DNA of 64,000 bases from Tubiluchus corallicola (GCA_030141605.1 JAQGDQ010000083.1:558001-622000), one strand, 5' to 3'; positions 1-12,947 are shown, counted from the stretch's first letter. Translations and numbers: made by a program. Notes: generated from the sequence alone by a model not told the origin.

Positions 1-930
1 TTAATGGCGTCTTACGTGGAGAATCACCGGTCTGTGTCGTAAATGCATCGTTTCTGCCTGCGTTTATTATCGACAGGTACAAATGGATTTTCTCTGTAGA
101 AATAATCGCACCTGTATCATTTGTCTCAGCGCAATGAACTGGAATAAAGTCTCAGCACAGAAGAATGTTAAAAGAATAAGCGATTGCAGAGCATTTTCAT
201 AGGTCGTCTAGAAAAACACATTAAAGGCTTGAAAAAATTGTCGAATATGTCGAATAAGAATAACAGCGACAGCGACAACGACAACGGCAAAAATAATAAC
301 TAGTTTCTCATTTTCACTCTAATATGACAGCTGATTGATAAATTGCCTAGAACACATGGCTGGGTGTTCTTATAACAGCGACTTCTAGAGATTCGTCGTT
401 GTCTTACTATGTCATACTAACTGTCTGTAATCACAAAATTTCTTAGTGCGAATATCATACGTACAGCTATCATCGTTTTTTAAAGTTTGAATAGACTTCC
501 CAGTAATTAACGTTAGAAATACTGTTCAACGTTTAACATTATTTATAAATTTATGGATTGTTTTGTATGTATGTTTTTTTTCAATTCGCGACGTGTCATA
601 ACTCTGTTCACATTTACACAGTATAAGCAGGCATCATTTATTAAAATATTTAATTATTCAGAAAGCAGTTTTAGGGAATTATTGGTTTAACAAAATTTTG
701 TTTTGTGACGAAAGTTTCGTTTAAACATAATTGAAAATGTTACGTTTTGTTAGACAAAATCTTTATGAGCGGTACAATTTCGCCAGCTCTCACAAACTGA
801 CAGATAAGTATTAATGTTGCATTTAGGAAATTTTTAAATATTTGACTTTCAGGGTACTGTCTCTAACTGAGAAATCTGACCAACAACCAAATGTCCATGT
901 TTGACAATAATTATAAAGAATTAGGAGCAG

Positions 931-1050
931 GATGACAATAATGACGACGATGATGAAAGATGACGATGATCATGATGATGATGATGATGACCATAATGAT
1001 GACGGTTGTGATGACGGCGATGATGACAAACTATAATGAAGATGATAACG
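931..1050. repeat. Degenerate (GAT/GAC)n trinucleotide microsatellite
   Basis: gatgatgatgatgatgatgacc... runs interrupted by gac/aat variants. Confidence 0.85.
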
Positions 1051-1342
1051 ATTCATGCTTACCGTTATTTTCATGTGAAATGACGTGCAGCATCATAAAG
1101 GCAAGTCACATATCAGCATCGTAAAATAACGACAGCTTGACAAGGGACGTAAACAAGGATAGATTGAGAATAATGATGCGATAATGAGCTAGTAGGTGTC
1201 AGAATGATAATAATGGTGGTGCTATTTGCAGAAAAGCAATGCCTGGCTATTACGTTATTACACCTTACATTATCTACACTATAATGAAACGAATTTTCTG
1301 ACGACGGAATGGGCAAAACCCGTTGTCTATTTTGCTTTGCAA

Positions 1343-1346
1343 TTTG

Positions 1347-1378
<32 letters not shown>

Positions 1379-1407
1379 GTTTTTGTTGTTGTTGTTGTTG
1401 TTGTTGG

Positions 1408-1457
<50 letters not shown>

Positions 1458-1645
1458 TTGTTGTGGTTGTGGTTGTGGTGGTGGTTGTTGGTTGTTGGTT
1501 GTTGTTGGTTGTTGTGGTTGTGGTTGTGGTTGTTGGTTGTTGGTTGTTGGTTGTTGGTTGTTGTTGGTTGTTGTGGTTGTGGTTGTGGTGGTGGTTGTGG
1601 TGGTGGTGGTGGTGGCTGCTGCTGCTGCTGCTGTTGTTGTTGTTG
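1343..1645. repeat. Compound G/T microsatellite: (GTT)n, (GGT)n, (GTTGTC)n, (GGTTGT)n, (GGTTGTT)n, (GCT)n
   Basis: Directly visible; explains the poly-V/C/L ORFs in all three + frames. Confidence 0.95.
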
Positions 1646-2989
1646 AACGTTTTCCTAGGTTTTTCTTTTAATTCTTCTTTGTTTATCCTCTAATTATTTC
1701 TTCTTTTCTCCTTCTTCTCCTTCTCCTGCATATTCTCCTCATCGTCCTCTTCTCTGCTTACTGTCTTTCTAAATATTGTCGTCATCTACATTGTCATAAT
1801 CATTGTGCTCTTTCTGGATTGCTTTTTCGTTCGTTTCCTTTCTTGGTGGTTTGAGATGGTGGGTCTTGAATATTACGTAATACTGATTGATTTTCCTGTG
1901 GGGTGTATGTTGACAGAGAACTACATCACATTGATGACTGTGCCTTGCTTCTGTGACTATGTTGAGTAACATAGTTTCAGAAACTTTTGTAGTTTGTAGA
2001 TTATTTACAAGAAGCCTTTCCTGGGTTATTGCGTTGCATAAACTCAAATACCATTTTTGTGAAGAAAACAGGTCTTGCGTACGAGCTAAATTAAGTCAAC
2101 AAATTCGTGTTTTCCTCCCAACATGGAAATACCTGGGTAGTGTTTGCCCATGGATTTGAAAGCAAAATCGCTTCAATTAGAATCTATCAATCGTCCATCA
2201 ATTTGTCAAAGTTTTGCTGCGTTTGCAAAGATCTTAGCGGCAAAAGCAATGCTCGCAGTTTTTCTCAAGTTAGCAAATTGACAGACGCGGTTTCTTTTAT
2301 CTTTTGGCTGTAAGAAAGAAAGAAAATCTTGTAAAATGCTGATAATTTTCCCAGCTGTCTGTAGCTGCTTCCCTGCTGTATGTGCCTTACAAACTGAATT
2401 CGCAAATCCCAAAGCATTCTATTGTGCGTCAGACTGAAAAATTAACTTGAGTTTTTGTACTATTTCCAGTCCAGTCGCTTGAGAGTTCAAATTTTAAGAA
2501 ACCGCTGCTAGATGTTATATTTAGTGTGATAAAAAGTGAGACAGCAACAATAGCTGAGGAGTTTGCTAAACTAACAGAAATTACTAACTTGTTCCCTCGG
2601 GAACAGACGCAGACAGTTATATGCGCATGGGCGTGGACGGATACAGACATACATACGAACACAGACACGCATTATATAACTATTTCAGAAGGTAGCAAAA
2701 ATAGACACAGATATACATACAGACATCGACACAGACGCATAGGCATTAAAAACTTGTGCCGCATATATGTATCTAAATTGAGTATGTTTAGAAAACTTAT
2801 ATTTGAAGAAAATTTTATATGTGTAGGTTAAATAATCTCTACTCCTGGAAAATATTTAAGTTGTAAAGCAGGGTTCAAACGTCATAGCATGCGCTAAGAA
2901 ATATCAACATGTTCACACAATTTAGCATGGTTAGTGAACGTAAAAGAAATTCTTTTCATTTCTGGAGTCATATGTCCTCTGACATGACT

Positions 2990-3400
2990 CTTGCAATCAG
3001 TTCAGTTTAGCCCTTGTCCTGTCAAACTCAACCTCCCGTGTTTCTGTATTTTTGATATCTAACGGTGTTTTGATAAGGCCTTTGTGAATGAAATTAATGT
3101 AAGTCAGCAGTTGTCCTCCTTCTGGTTTCTTTTCTTTCTTCAGTGATGCTTTGAAAGCTAACTTTAATGGACTGTCATCTGGTAGTCGTGTAACATATCC
3201 TATCCATCTTTGTCTTCTCCTAGTGATCTTCACTGTCCATTCCTCTGCCTTGACTTTATTATGTAGATCCTAGTTTGATATTTTCTTTGACCATACTATT
3301 CCCAAGATGATAATATGGTTTCTTCTTTGAAATGCATGTATTTCTGATTTGTGATGTGCTTTGATTGTCCATAATTCTGCGTTGTACAGAAACACAGTTT
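2990..3400 (-). mobile_element. RTE-clade LINE 3' remnant (degraded)
   Basis: Minus-strand translation across a frameshift and a stop: TVFLYNAELWTIK..IHAFQRR..ILGI/VWSKKISN*DL..ITRRRQRWIGYVTRLP; matches the RTE post-RT pattern LLYGxETW..AFQRR.LR.ILGI.W..ISN..RW.GHV.R. Confidence 0.75.
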
Positions 3401-3984
3401 CCGAGGCTACCTAAAGTTATAATCTCATACCCTTGTCATTTCACCTGCTCACACAGAACGATGTGGTATCGTCTCTAGAGTATAGTGTGTAAATTTCGAG
3501 AAAAGCGTGGACACTATACTTATAATTACAGGTTTGAGACCTGCTTTGTGTACCCTACAAATGAAGCTCTAGGATAACTGTTTACACAGTTGTAATAATG
3601 CTGTAGGTACACGACTCACTGTATACACTTAGTGACACTGCACGAGTCAAGTGGTTTCGTCTGTATTATTTCTGTAAACGCAAGCACAATCACTGTACAG
3701 TGGACACAGTAGAAAATAAATATAATGTAGGTGGCGTAGTTTAGACTGTTTTGGTAAACACTGTCTGCATTCTCCAGTTTATTATAAATAAGCCACTAGT
3801 AACTAAATTTAATGAGCGTCTAGTTAAGGAAGCAGCGAATAATCAGTCGTGAATGAGCACCTTTAGTTTAAAGAGTTAACGTAGATTACTCTGTCATTAA
3901 TTTATTGTTCTATTACTGGTCTATAATTCACGAATTCACTTTATAATTCACTCCCCGAAGCGGGAGGTACTGAATAATAGTAGA

Positions 3985-4042
3985 CCACTATCCAGAAACC
4001 CTTGCTTACACGGCAGGAGCTCTACTGTTTGACCTAGTGGCC
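3985..4042 (-). mobile_element. Degenerate tRNA-like head, copy 1 (tRNA pseudogene or SINE)
   Basis: Reverse complement ggccactaggtcaaacagtagagctcctgccgtgtaagcaagggtttctgg aligns with the copy at 4271-4342; B-box lost. Confidence 0.45.
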
Positions 4043-4270
4043 TAACTTGATTTGATTTCTCACCCCAGTAGCAAACAATTAACCTGGGCCACCTATCAAC
4101 AACTAGGTGGCATATCACTATAGTTTTCGAATACCTAAACAGCGGGAGATGTATAATAAGACTCTATTCCTTTCTATGGGGTATCTGAAACACGCATTAA
4201 TAAAGACATCACGCTTACAACAATTAATAATGTAAGGGCTAATTGAAGAAAGCGACAGAGAAAAATTGTT

Positions 4271-4342
4271 GGCTGACCAAGATTCGATCCCAGAAACTCC
4301 TGCTTACACGTCGGGTGCTCTACCAGTTAAGATTACAGGCCC
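4271..4342 (-). mobile_element. Degenerate tRNA-like head, copy 2 (tRNA pseudogene or SINE; Thr-TGT-like loop)
   Basis: Reverse complement gggcctgTAATCTTAACTGGTAGAGCacccgacgTGTaagcaggagtttctgGGATCGAATCttggtcagcc has A-box-like and B-box-like motifs at tRNA spacing; stems imperfect. Confidence 0.6.
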
Positions 4343-5599
4343 AATTTGGAAGAGTCGGTCCGATTTCTAACCCTACACACGCGTACACCTAATCACATAT
4401 ATTATGACGTGAAATAACAAATTCACTGTAGCTTCACGACATGCAAACGATAAAGACTGTGTTAAAATATGGAGCAGGTATGCGTCATTACGATCTTAAT
4501 TGCATACGAGTTACGGTCTAGGTCATACAAGTTCTGGATGCCAGGTGAAAATCTGAATAAATTACTACCTTTGATCATTTAGAGCAACATGTAAAAACTG
4601 TTATTTATTGCCCGTCTCTGTCCCTCTTAACATTTCTTTTTCACATACTGCATGTGGTGTGTTATTTTTGTCGACACATTATGATAAACTATAGCTGAAT
4701 ACTGGAATAAAAATAAGAATTTACTCAACAAAAAGGATGACATTATATGTTTAATGCTCATGGTAAATCATGGGCTACACCATTCTGAGTGCATTTAGCC
4801 TACTCGTAACTACATGGTCTATGAGCAATGGCAGCCATTTTACGAACTGTATAATAATTATGCCATTTATGCAACCTTTGTGTGGCTGTTGGTGGATCCA
4901 GACGTTTGAAAAGACGCTCATTTTTCTGTTACGGGCCCCATTACTCTTTTAAAACTCCATAATATTAACTGTATAACGGTAGAACTTAATAATCCTGAAA
5001 AGATGGGATATAGAAAAGTTTATTTATGTACTTGTATTCCCGTTTTCATGGTTCTTCCTTCGTTAATTAATTCAGCGTGCAGCCTCGGGTAAGTCCAGTT
5101 GCCATTATTTCATCAACGCATACACTGAAGCCACTTAAAGTCTGCCAGGCTCTGCCTTATGCATCTGGTTTGTGTGTGATATTGGGCTTCGCGCAATAAT
5201 TTCTCGCGCTCAATTATACGCAGCCACTTTCAGTGTAAGGCCTGGCTGGTACACGACCTTATTATATGTAATAATGAGATAGTTCAACTCGTAATTGGCG
5301 AAGTATGCGTCGATAAAAAAGTCCTTGTGCAATTTGGCATTTTGTTTTTTTGAGAACGCAGTGATAGGATCACCATGACCTTTATGGCCCTTCACCGTTC
5401 TCCACCTACACTAAGGAAATTTACAATTTTTTTAAACGAAATCCATGTTGTGGAACTTCAAGTTTGTAGGTGAAGGAAAAGATTCGTTAAGATGAACAGT
5501 AATTTTTCTTAGGGTAGCAAAAGCAAACACTCTCAGAATCTCAAAGGTGCTATTATTTTTATCATTCATTATCTAATTATCTAAATAACAATAACAGTT

Positions 5600-5601
<2 letters not shown>

Positions 5602-5658
<57 letters not shown>

Positions 5659-5705
5659 GACAGACAGACAGACACACAAACACACACGCACCGCACGCAC
5701 GCACG

Positions 5706-5746
<41 letters not shown>
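5602..5746. repeat. (GA)n-(GACA)n-(CA/CGCA)n-(GA)n compound microsatellite
   Basis: Directly visible. Confidence 0.95.
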
Positions 5747-5751
<5 letters not shown>

Positions 5752-6689
5752 AGACGAGTTCGAGGTTGTAGATGGGAGAGGGAATCATAGATGCACTATT
5801 TTTTACGTTTTCTTTCTCGAACTGCTTCTACTGCGATTCTATTAACAATGTGGCGTTTCACCTCTCATTATAACACAGAACGCACATCGTTTGCTTGATG
5901 CAGCCCTGGCTGTATTTCGAAAACCGTGATTTAATAATAACAGATCCTTCTGGCCTAAAACTAAACCTACCGTAAACCCAAAACCGCAAGCAATGTGAAA
6001 TGTAACTGAAATTGTGGAACAAATTTTCTTTTTTTAGTAAGATTACAACAAACAACAACACAATATAAAACAAAAAATGGTATAATACGATAATGTGATA
6101 CGATATATACGATACGGTACAATACGATATACACAGGAATTTATAATTACAGTAAAATTTTAATAAACTGGACAAGGCTTAATATCTACATAAATTGTTG
6201 CTTCCAGTATAGTCAAGGAGCATTGTTTGTGACTATTTCATTGGCTATTCCAATATAATAATTGTCTTGGCAATTACTAACAGTGGGAAAAAGAGAATAA
6301 ACTCAGTCTGTGATTTTATTAATGCGTAGAACAAACTGCAGAATAGGAAAAAATAAAGCAATTGGCTTCTAGTTAACACTAGCAGAAAAGCATTTTAAAA
6401 ATACTATAAAACATTTTAAAGAACTGTTGCAATTGTCTTGTCTACTGAATGCGATGTTGTCTCACCGGTCGACCGGAGGCTTACGGGCGAGGGAGGCGAA
6501 AGGTAACCGGAAGCTATTGACGTTTCTCATAATAATCCTTAGATTGTCATAACAATGACGTTTAGTCACATCAGCCTCGCACAGGGTCGTCAGACAAAAC
6601 TACAGAACGAATTCTGGCACCTACGAGAGCGCTTCGTTAGTGGATTTGTCTGCCTGTATATATATATATGTATGTATATGCTCTATAGT

Positions 6690-7088
6690 CATCTTACCAC
6701 GTTTTACATGTGTAGTAACAGGTTTCTCTAAAATCATACTTACTAGTTTTGTGTCGGTGTTCATCGTATTACGTCACTCTACCTGTAGTTTCAGAACAAG
6801 AACGATTGCATCAGCAATTTTTTTTTGATAATTATCAACATGCCACCAAACTGATGTGCGATTTTATAGCACAATATTTTGAAGTTGGCGTGATTTATTG
6901 ACGTAGTAACCGCTGGCTTTTTAACTGATGTTTTGTATTTTTAATTTCTGTATATATTTTTTTAAATATTTTTGTAAATTTTTGGAACTCTTTTAACAGT
7001 GCATAGCATGTAGTATTTCTTAGCTTTTAGTGTAAATTTCGATTTTTATGTAGCGATTTCATGTACTAAAATAAACTTTAAATAAATA
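6690..7088 (+). mobile_element. Possible CR1/L2-group LINE extreme 3' end with T-rich 3'UTR and AATAAA tail
   Basis: Translation LPRF...SF...LRHSTCSFRTRTIAS resembles the C-terminus of the LINE type seen at 11825-12415 and 44706-45292; ends aaataaactttaaataaata. Confidence 0.3.
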
Positions 7089-8207
7089 GAAAAACATTAC
7101 ATATGTAGCTTCTAGTACAAAAGGGAGCTAGCTGCTGTGGGCGTAAATGTTGATCACTCCCGCTGAATTGCACACTTATACGTAAATGTATTGTTTCTAC
7201 TAACACAGGAAAACAGGAAAAACATCCCTTTCCGCCATTTGGTTCCTACACGTAATTCTTGACTATTAGAACATTCAAAAAATGTAATTTATCAACTCAC
7301 GCGTGACAAACAGACATACTTCCCCTAACATACAGCAGCCACAGCCTTGCATGTTTGAAGATATTTGTCACGAAATCATGTGGCTAAACTCTTCAAACAC
7401 GAATCCACAATTTTTCATAATCAAACTTCAATGAGACGACAGGCAGCATATTTCTGAATATGAACACGTGCGCGAAATATTAGCTAAATGGCTGCCATCA
7501 ACCTTGACAATTCATCAACTGCGGAATTTTGTTAAAAGAGCGTTCATCGATCTTGCGGTTCTCTAAGCTCTCTGCATGTCATGTGCAATTCTACGTGCTT
7601 TTGCAAGTCAAGCTCCGTTGTAAGTCAACTAAATCATCGGTCACCAAAGAATTAATTATGGCAAAAAATCGATGTATTTAATTTTGTCATGGCGTGCTCG
7701 CCGTCACCTTCTACGTTACTTTAGGTATCAAGTGCAAGCCTCCCTTCTGAACTACCGGCTAGTGTGCCATCGTGTGATGTTTTGTTCGTGTTTCAAAATT
7801 AACTAAACTGGAGCCATCTCATTGATACAAAAAGGACGCTTGCACGAGCATAAACTATTTTTACTTTATTTTACTTATGTTAGATTAACTTATAATGTTG
7901 ATACGACAAAATTTATTGTATGAAACAAAACATGTCAATTGTCTTCAGGAGTTTTTAGAATTAAAAACATAAGTTTCGAAAGATGCATCTCTGTCAGTTT
8001 CTTAAAAATAAATTTGTCACGAAACTACTCCATTGAAATGTGTTTCCGGTTTGTTACAAGTTACCTAAGTTGCTTTGGGATCATTTTCTAACTACACTCA
8101 CAGGTTGTCAGTTAGGTTTCTGGAACTGCAAAACTAACTGGCAAATTCGTGGAGCTTTGGATGACGCGCTGCAAACAGTAGGGGCGCTTTCAAATCTAAT
8201 AGACTAA

Positions 8208-8620
8208 AGTGGCGTTTACCTGGCATTCGGAATGCGTATGCGTTATGCGGATGCGGAATAGATTAAATCGGTTAATATTGTTTTCAACGTACCCGTTTAG
8301 CAGACCTGCGTTAAGTGGCTTTTACGCAGTATCTCGATGCATATGCGTTTGGGGGAAGGAATAGATAAAATCGGTTTATATTGTTTTCAATGCACCAGTT
8401 TATGCAGCCTGCGTATGCGTTATGCTTTTTCTACAACTATTCCTATTGATTTTTTCTGTAGCTGTTCCGCACCTGGAAACGCATACGCATTCGAGTGCTA
8501 AGTAAAGGCCAAATTTATGCGTTATTTTTTCTGCAGCTATTTCTCTGTTGATTTTTTATACGCAGCTACTCCGTAGGTGGATAACGCATGCCGGATGCCG
8601 GACGATAGATAAAAGCCACA
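8208..8620. mobile_element. Harbinger-like MITE family A, outer copy, TAA flanks
   Basis: taa|agtggcgtttacc ... gataaaagccaca|taa; related copies at 28881-29079 and 61976-62167. Confidence 0.75.
8314..8514. mobile_element. MITE family A, inner nested copy, TTA target-site duplication
   Basis: tta|agtggcttttacgcag...atgcatatgcgtt ... aacgcatacgcattcgagtgctaagtaaaggccaaat|tta; internal sequence parallels the outer copy. Confidence 0.7.
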
Positions 8621-9024
8621 TAACACATCACAATTCACTAGAATAAGTGGAAACATTCAAATGTGTCCTGGTGGCTGACCACCTAACCCACTTGTGTAGA
8701 CAAGTAGGACAAAAACATTTGTAAATTGCGTGACACTTCTTAGTAAAGCACAAATTTCGGCTCGCCACTTTCTTATCTTCAAAAGTGTTCAGCAAATTTG
8801 AGTTGCTCTCTAGAGAAGAAAAAGTTTGGTGATTTGTGTCACATGTAAGAAAGCTTTTAGGTTTGTCTCATTTTTATTCAATTTATGAATCTGTCAGTGA
8901 AGTGGTTTATTTACAGAAATGCACGTATTTGCTGTTCACTGTTCACTTCACTGTTTAACGAAGTGAGTTCAGTTTGCATTTTTTCTACTGTACCATGACA
9001 AGAATTCAGTTAAATAATATGACA

Positions 9025-9411
9025 GGCGTAAAACATACAGAATAAAAGACACGGGAAAAAGGCACAGAAAAAAGTTACGGGAAAAAAGAAAAAACCCTAA
9101 TCCTAGCCGTAAAATATTAAACAATAAAGGTGATTTTTTCACATATATGTAATGTCATCATATAAGTAGTATTGACAATGCGTACAAGTCATGTATTGCC
9201 ATTTAATAACTGATTTAAATGTTTTTTTTGTATTATTACTTTAATTGTTTATAATGGTACTTAATAAATTGTGACCGACTTGAATATTTTTGTTTGATTC
9301 CCTGACTTTCCTTCCTAGATAAAAATTGTGACTTTTTTCCGGTGAGTTTTTTACTAGCCAAAATTGTGATTCTTTCTGTGACTTTTTCCTGTGACTTTAT
9401 TACCGTTCACC
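9025..9411. mobile_element. Foldback-type element with modular inverted arms
   Basis: Left arm has repeated (c)acrg(g)aaaaa(ag) modules; right arm has repeated tgtgactttttcc modules (the reverse complement); aaccctaatcctag lies inside. Confidence 0.6.
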
Positions 9412-10019
9412 TCTTAACACTATACATAGAGAATTTGTCGCTTCTGGGTCTTTGCGTTAGTCACGTGTCAGTTATGTTTCTAAGTATCTGTATCATTATT
9501 TCCAGACAACATTAAACCACTAAGCTTCATCTAATTGCTTCCTCTTCTTGAAGAAATAAGAAATTTTTAAAGGACATTAAAGCTATGCCCGAAGAGAAAC
9601 TGTAAACATTAAAAAACGTTGATATCGCAAACATGAACAACTGAATTTGTTCCTGCACATATTTTAATCAGAAACAACGATTTCAAACAATGTACACAAG
9701 CTGTTAATGTCAGCCCTCAAAAGCAAATCTTCCTTAACAGAATTTTTCTTGTCATGCAATACAACGAATAATGTGACAAGCAGATTTAGCTGAAGACGTA
9801 ATTTAATTACGTTACCGATTCGCATTCGCGTTTTAAATGGCTTCTATTATGAGGTTCATTAGTGTAGATGTAATATGTGTCACTGTCACTGTTACGTTGA
9901 ACACACATTGCAATAATTAAATAAATAAGTCAAAAATATCTTTCCCTTATATGTATTTTCAGGGAATTTTCTATTAAGTAAGTTAACTGCAACTTTGACA
10001 GCCACACCCACTTTGACCA

Positions 10020-10180
10020 ATCACGAGGGGTCATCCTTATAAACTTTTTCTTCCTGGGTGTAACAATGCTGAAAGGCAAAACTCTTTCTTTGTCAGAACT
10101 ATGTCGCTTTTGAATTCTCTTCCTTCTCATGTTGTCATGGCTCCCTCTTTAGCCTTCTTCAAAACCTTTTTAAAAATTGT
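10020..10180 (+). mobile_element. CR1-clade LINE ORF2 C-terminal remnant
   Basis: Open frame ITRGHPYKLFLPGCNNAERQNSFFVRTMSLLNSLPSHVVMAPSLAFFKTFL matches CR1 TRGH..KL...R..FF..R...WN.LP..VV.A.S...FK. Confidence 0.8.
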
Positions 10181-10297
10181 AATTTCAATAATCATCTCGA
10201 AATTTTTCACTAGTTCAGAGAATGCTCTTCGCAGCGGTCCTCGGAATTCCAAAGTACATAAAATTTACAATAGTTTACAATAGCCACTAACAATTTA

Positions 10298-10985
10298 CAT
10301 GGTTTATCTGCAAAGTTGATTTATAAATTCTCACCCAAAAGTCTTTTTCTGCTTATCGGTCGTAATTTTGCCCAAGTTTTAGATGATCAGCACCAGGGCC
10401 TATTTCAAGGGGGGGGGGAAGCGGGGATACTTCCTCGGAGCCTCACCCTCCAGGTTGCCTCTGCGCCGAGGTAACTTTTTTGCTTTATGCGAACATATTG
10501 CCTCTTCTCCCCCCCCCCTCTCTTGCCGCACGAGCGCCGTTTGCCTTGTGCGGCTCGGTGCCGATGTTCAGCTGTTTTCAATTTCGGAATTTCTAACACC
10601 GGCTTGTACGGAAGTGAGAGTTAGGTGTTACATATTCCAAAGATGTTGTTTTTGATTTGACTATTTGACAAGTATTAAGGATTGGTCTTGAGAATAAAGC
10701 AGTTTTTCTTTCAATTGTTCTTTCCTTTAACAACTGTATAACACCATATTTTCTCTTCGAAGATGCTTCTCCGGCGTTCTAGCAGTTCAAAAATTTTCTG
10801 AAGCCCCAGGCGCTTCGACCCCCCCCCCCGACAAGGGCCTCACCCCCCCCCCCCCCCACGCTAATCTGTGGCGCTCCTTAAGTCGCTGTCGTAAAGTTGA
10901 AAGTCATTGGGGTTTTCTGCATCAGATTTTTTTGTGTTTTGTTAAAGCTGGTTACACCAGCACTTTTAACTTTTTACTATTTATT
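10298..10985. repeat. Dispersed repeat G, copy 1 (interrupted by an insertion)
   Basis: ataaattctcacccaa..gtctttttctgc..aagttttagatga and ctccttaagtc.ctgtcgtaaagttgaaagt also occur at 12700-12930 in the same orientation. Confidence 0.8.
10394..10859. mobile_element. GC-rich hAT-like non-autonomous insertion; right terminus missing
   Basis: Starts CAGGGCCTATTTCAAGGGGGGG, ends in poly-C tracts; absent from the paralogous empty site near 12790-12805. Confidence 0.6.
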
Positions 10986-11824
10986 AGCTCATTATTACTT
11001 TGTTAAAAGTGCAAATATATTTCGACTCAATTCAAATCATACCTGACACCCACTGTCATGTTAGATGCAATTAAGAACAAAATAATCATTATTTTAAACC
11101 GCTTTCTTGGAAAAGCCTTTAAAAAGTTAACATTGTGGCTTCTGGATTTACTACTTTTTTTTCTTGTGCGCACATAGAAAAGAAGATTATCTTTACACAG
11201 GAATTAATGCTTTAAATAGCGATATAATGTAATCAAGCACGAGCTCTGAATTTACTTGCCTGACTGAATAAACATTAGCACACGCGTAAATCACACAGTA
11301 CGCACGCCAAACTACGCTTACAAGGCTTCACTAAAATTGGTTATTCGTTGTTACGATTAGCGTGAAATCTTGAAACTTGTCGCGTTTTTCTCGCAGATTG
11401 ATAAATGCGACACTTAACTTTACTTGACAATGCGAAAATTTTACATGTGCGTAACTTTCTGTCATAGAACAAAAAGTAATTTATTGGATATAAAACTGGG
11501 AATAATTTATATTTATTGATATCCTATCAGCTTTTCTGCGTTTCTGTGGCCTGATGTGCATGTGCGTTTAGTACAGTGTATGACATCATACCATATTGGG
11601 CACTCTTGGCTTATGATAATAATAATGATAAATCAGGACAGCATACTGATTAGCATTTGCCATTTGACAGTAATTACCTGCAATGTCTTTGTTTAAAACC
11701 ATTGTTTCTTCTAATAAACTGTTTCATCTAAAACTTGTATTTTTTAATGTGTAAAAATGTTTACACGCAGACTTCGTGTATTCGTAATGATGCAATTATA
11801 TGTGAATTGTGCTGTTCTTAATAC

Positions 11825-12415
11825 ATTATTATTTATTTTTATTTTACGTTTATTTCAGTACATAAATACTACAATAGAATAATAAACAAAGCATAGTTAA
11901 AAATCACAATTAAAAATATTTCTACATGACAAATAAAATAAATACTAACACAAAGAACACAGAATTTGTAACCTAAATATGTAGAAAAGGGTTACTAAGT
12001 ATATATTCCCAATGGGCAAATATATTCGAAGTTAAAATGTCAGTATTAACAATAAAACTGCATACGATTTCATTGCTTGAATTTAAAACTTGCTGACGAA
12101 GGCTAAAAGTAAGATCACTTTCAAATGATTACAGCCATTTTCGGCACATATTCTAAATGCTGTGGTGCCCCTACGGTAAGCAAAAAACTTTGTCAATGCA
12201 AAATAGTAGGCCGCTTTTAATTTCCTAATAGTACCAACATTAAAAGTGATCCAGAGGTTAGAACAGTAAAAAGTTGAACAATAAGATTTAAACAGAACAC
12301 GTTTTACATCAGCAGAGCAAGAACTAAAATTTCTGCAAAGAATATTGAATCTAATATAAAAAAGGCGCAATTGATTAAAAATATCAGCAGAGTCTGCAAT
12401 ATCAGCAGAGTACAA
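11825..12415 (-). mobile_element. CR1/L2-group LINE 3' fragment with 3'UTR and (AAT/AAAT)n tail
   Basis: ORF 12083-12415 DIFNQLRLFYIRFNILCRNFSSCSADVKRVLFKSYCSTFYCSNLW...KLKAAY is a typical post-RT region; AT-rich tail near 11825-11845. Confidence 0.75.
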
Positions 12416-12699
12416 TTGTGTTATTGTGAGTTCTTCTGTTTAGAATGTTCTGTAGAATGTGATGTAATTTGACTGAAATTGTATGTTAATGTGTAACTTC
12501 TAAATTATAAATTTTAGAAATAGCTGCTAACTGTATTACATTTTACACTACTAACCTCAGGCATTTGCCTCCAAGACTGGAATTTTTATCTACTAACACT
12601 GATTGATGTCTTTTGTAATATTTTTATCAAATTTTATGACAATTATTTTATGGGTTGTTTAAATCAAGGTAGTTATACTAAATGGTTTATGTGGTTTAT

Positions 12700-12930
12700 A
12701 TGGTTTATATGCATGGTTGATTCATAAATTCTCACCCAAGTGTCTTTTTCTGCATATCGGTCCTAATTTTATAAAGTTTTAGATGACCAATACTTTTATT
12801 GTGTTAACATGTGGGCTCCTTAAGTCACTGTCGTAAAGTTGAAAGTAGTTCCAGTTTTGTGCATCAAATTTTTTTGTGCCTTGTTAGCGCTGGATGCTCC
12901 AACACTTTTTGACTTTTTACTATTTATTTA
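12700..12930. repeat. Dispersed repeat G, copy 2 (uninterrupted)
   Basis: Colinear with 10298-10393 plus 10860-10985. Confidence 0.8.
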
Positions 12931-12947
12931 ATTCAATTCAATTCTAC

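Noticed and set aside
1226-1693. Poly-V/C/L ORFs
   Set aside because: Translations of a stop-free microsatellite in all frames.
4271-4342. Functional tRNA-Thr gene
   Set aside because: Acceptor, D and anticodon stems have multiple mismatches; kept only as a tRNA-derived remnant.
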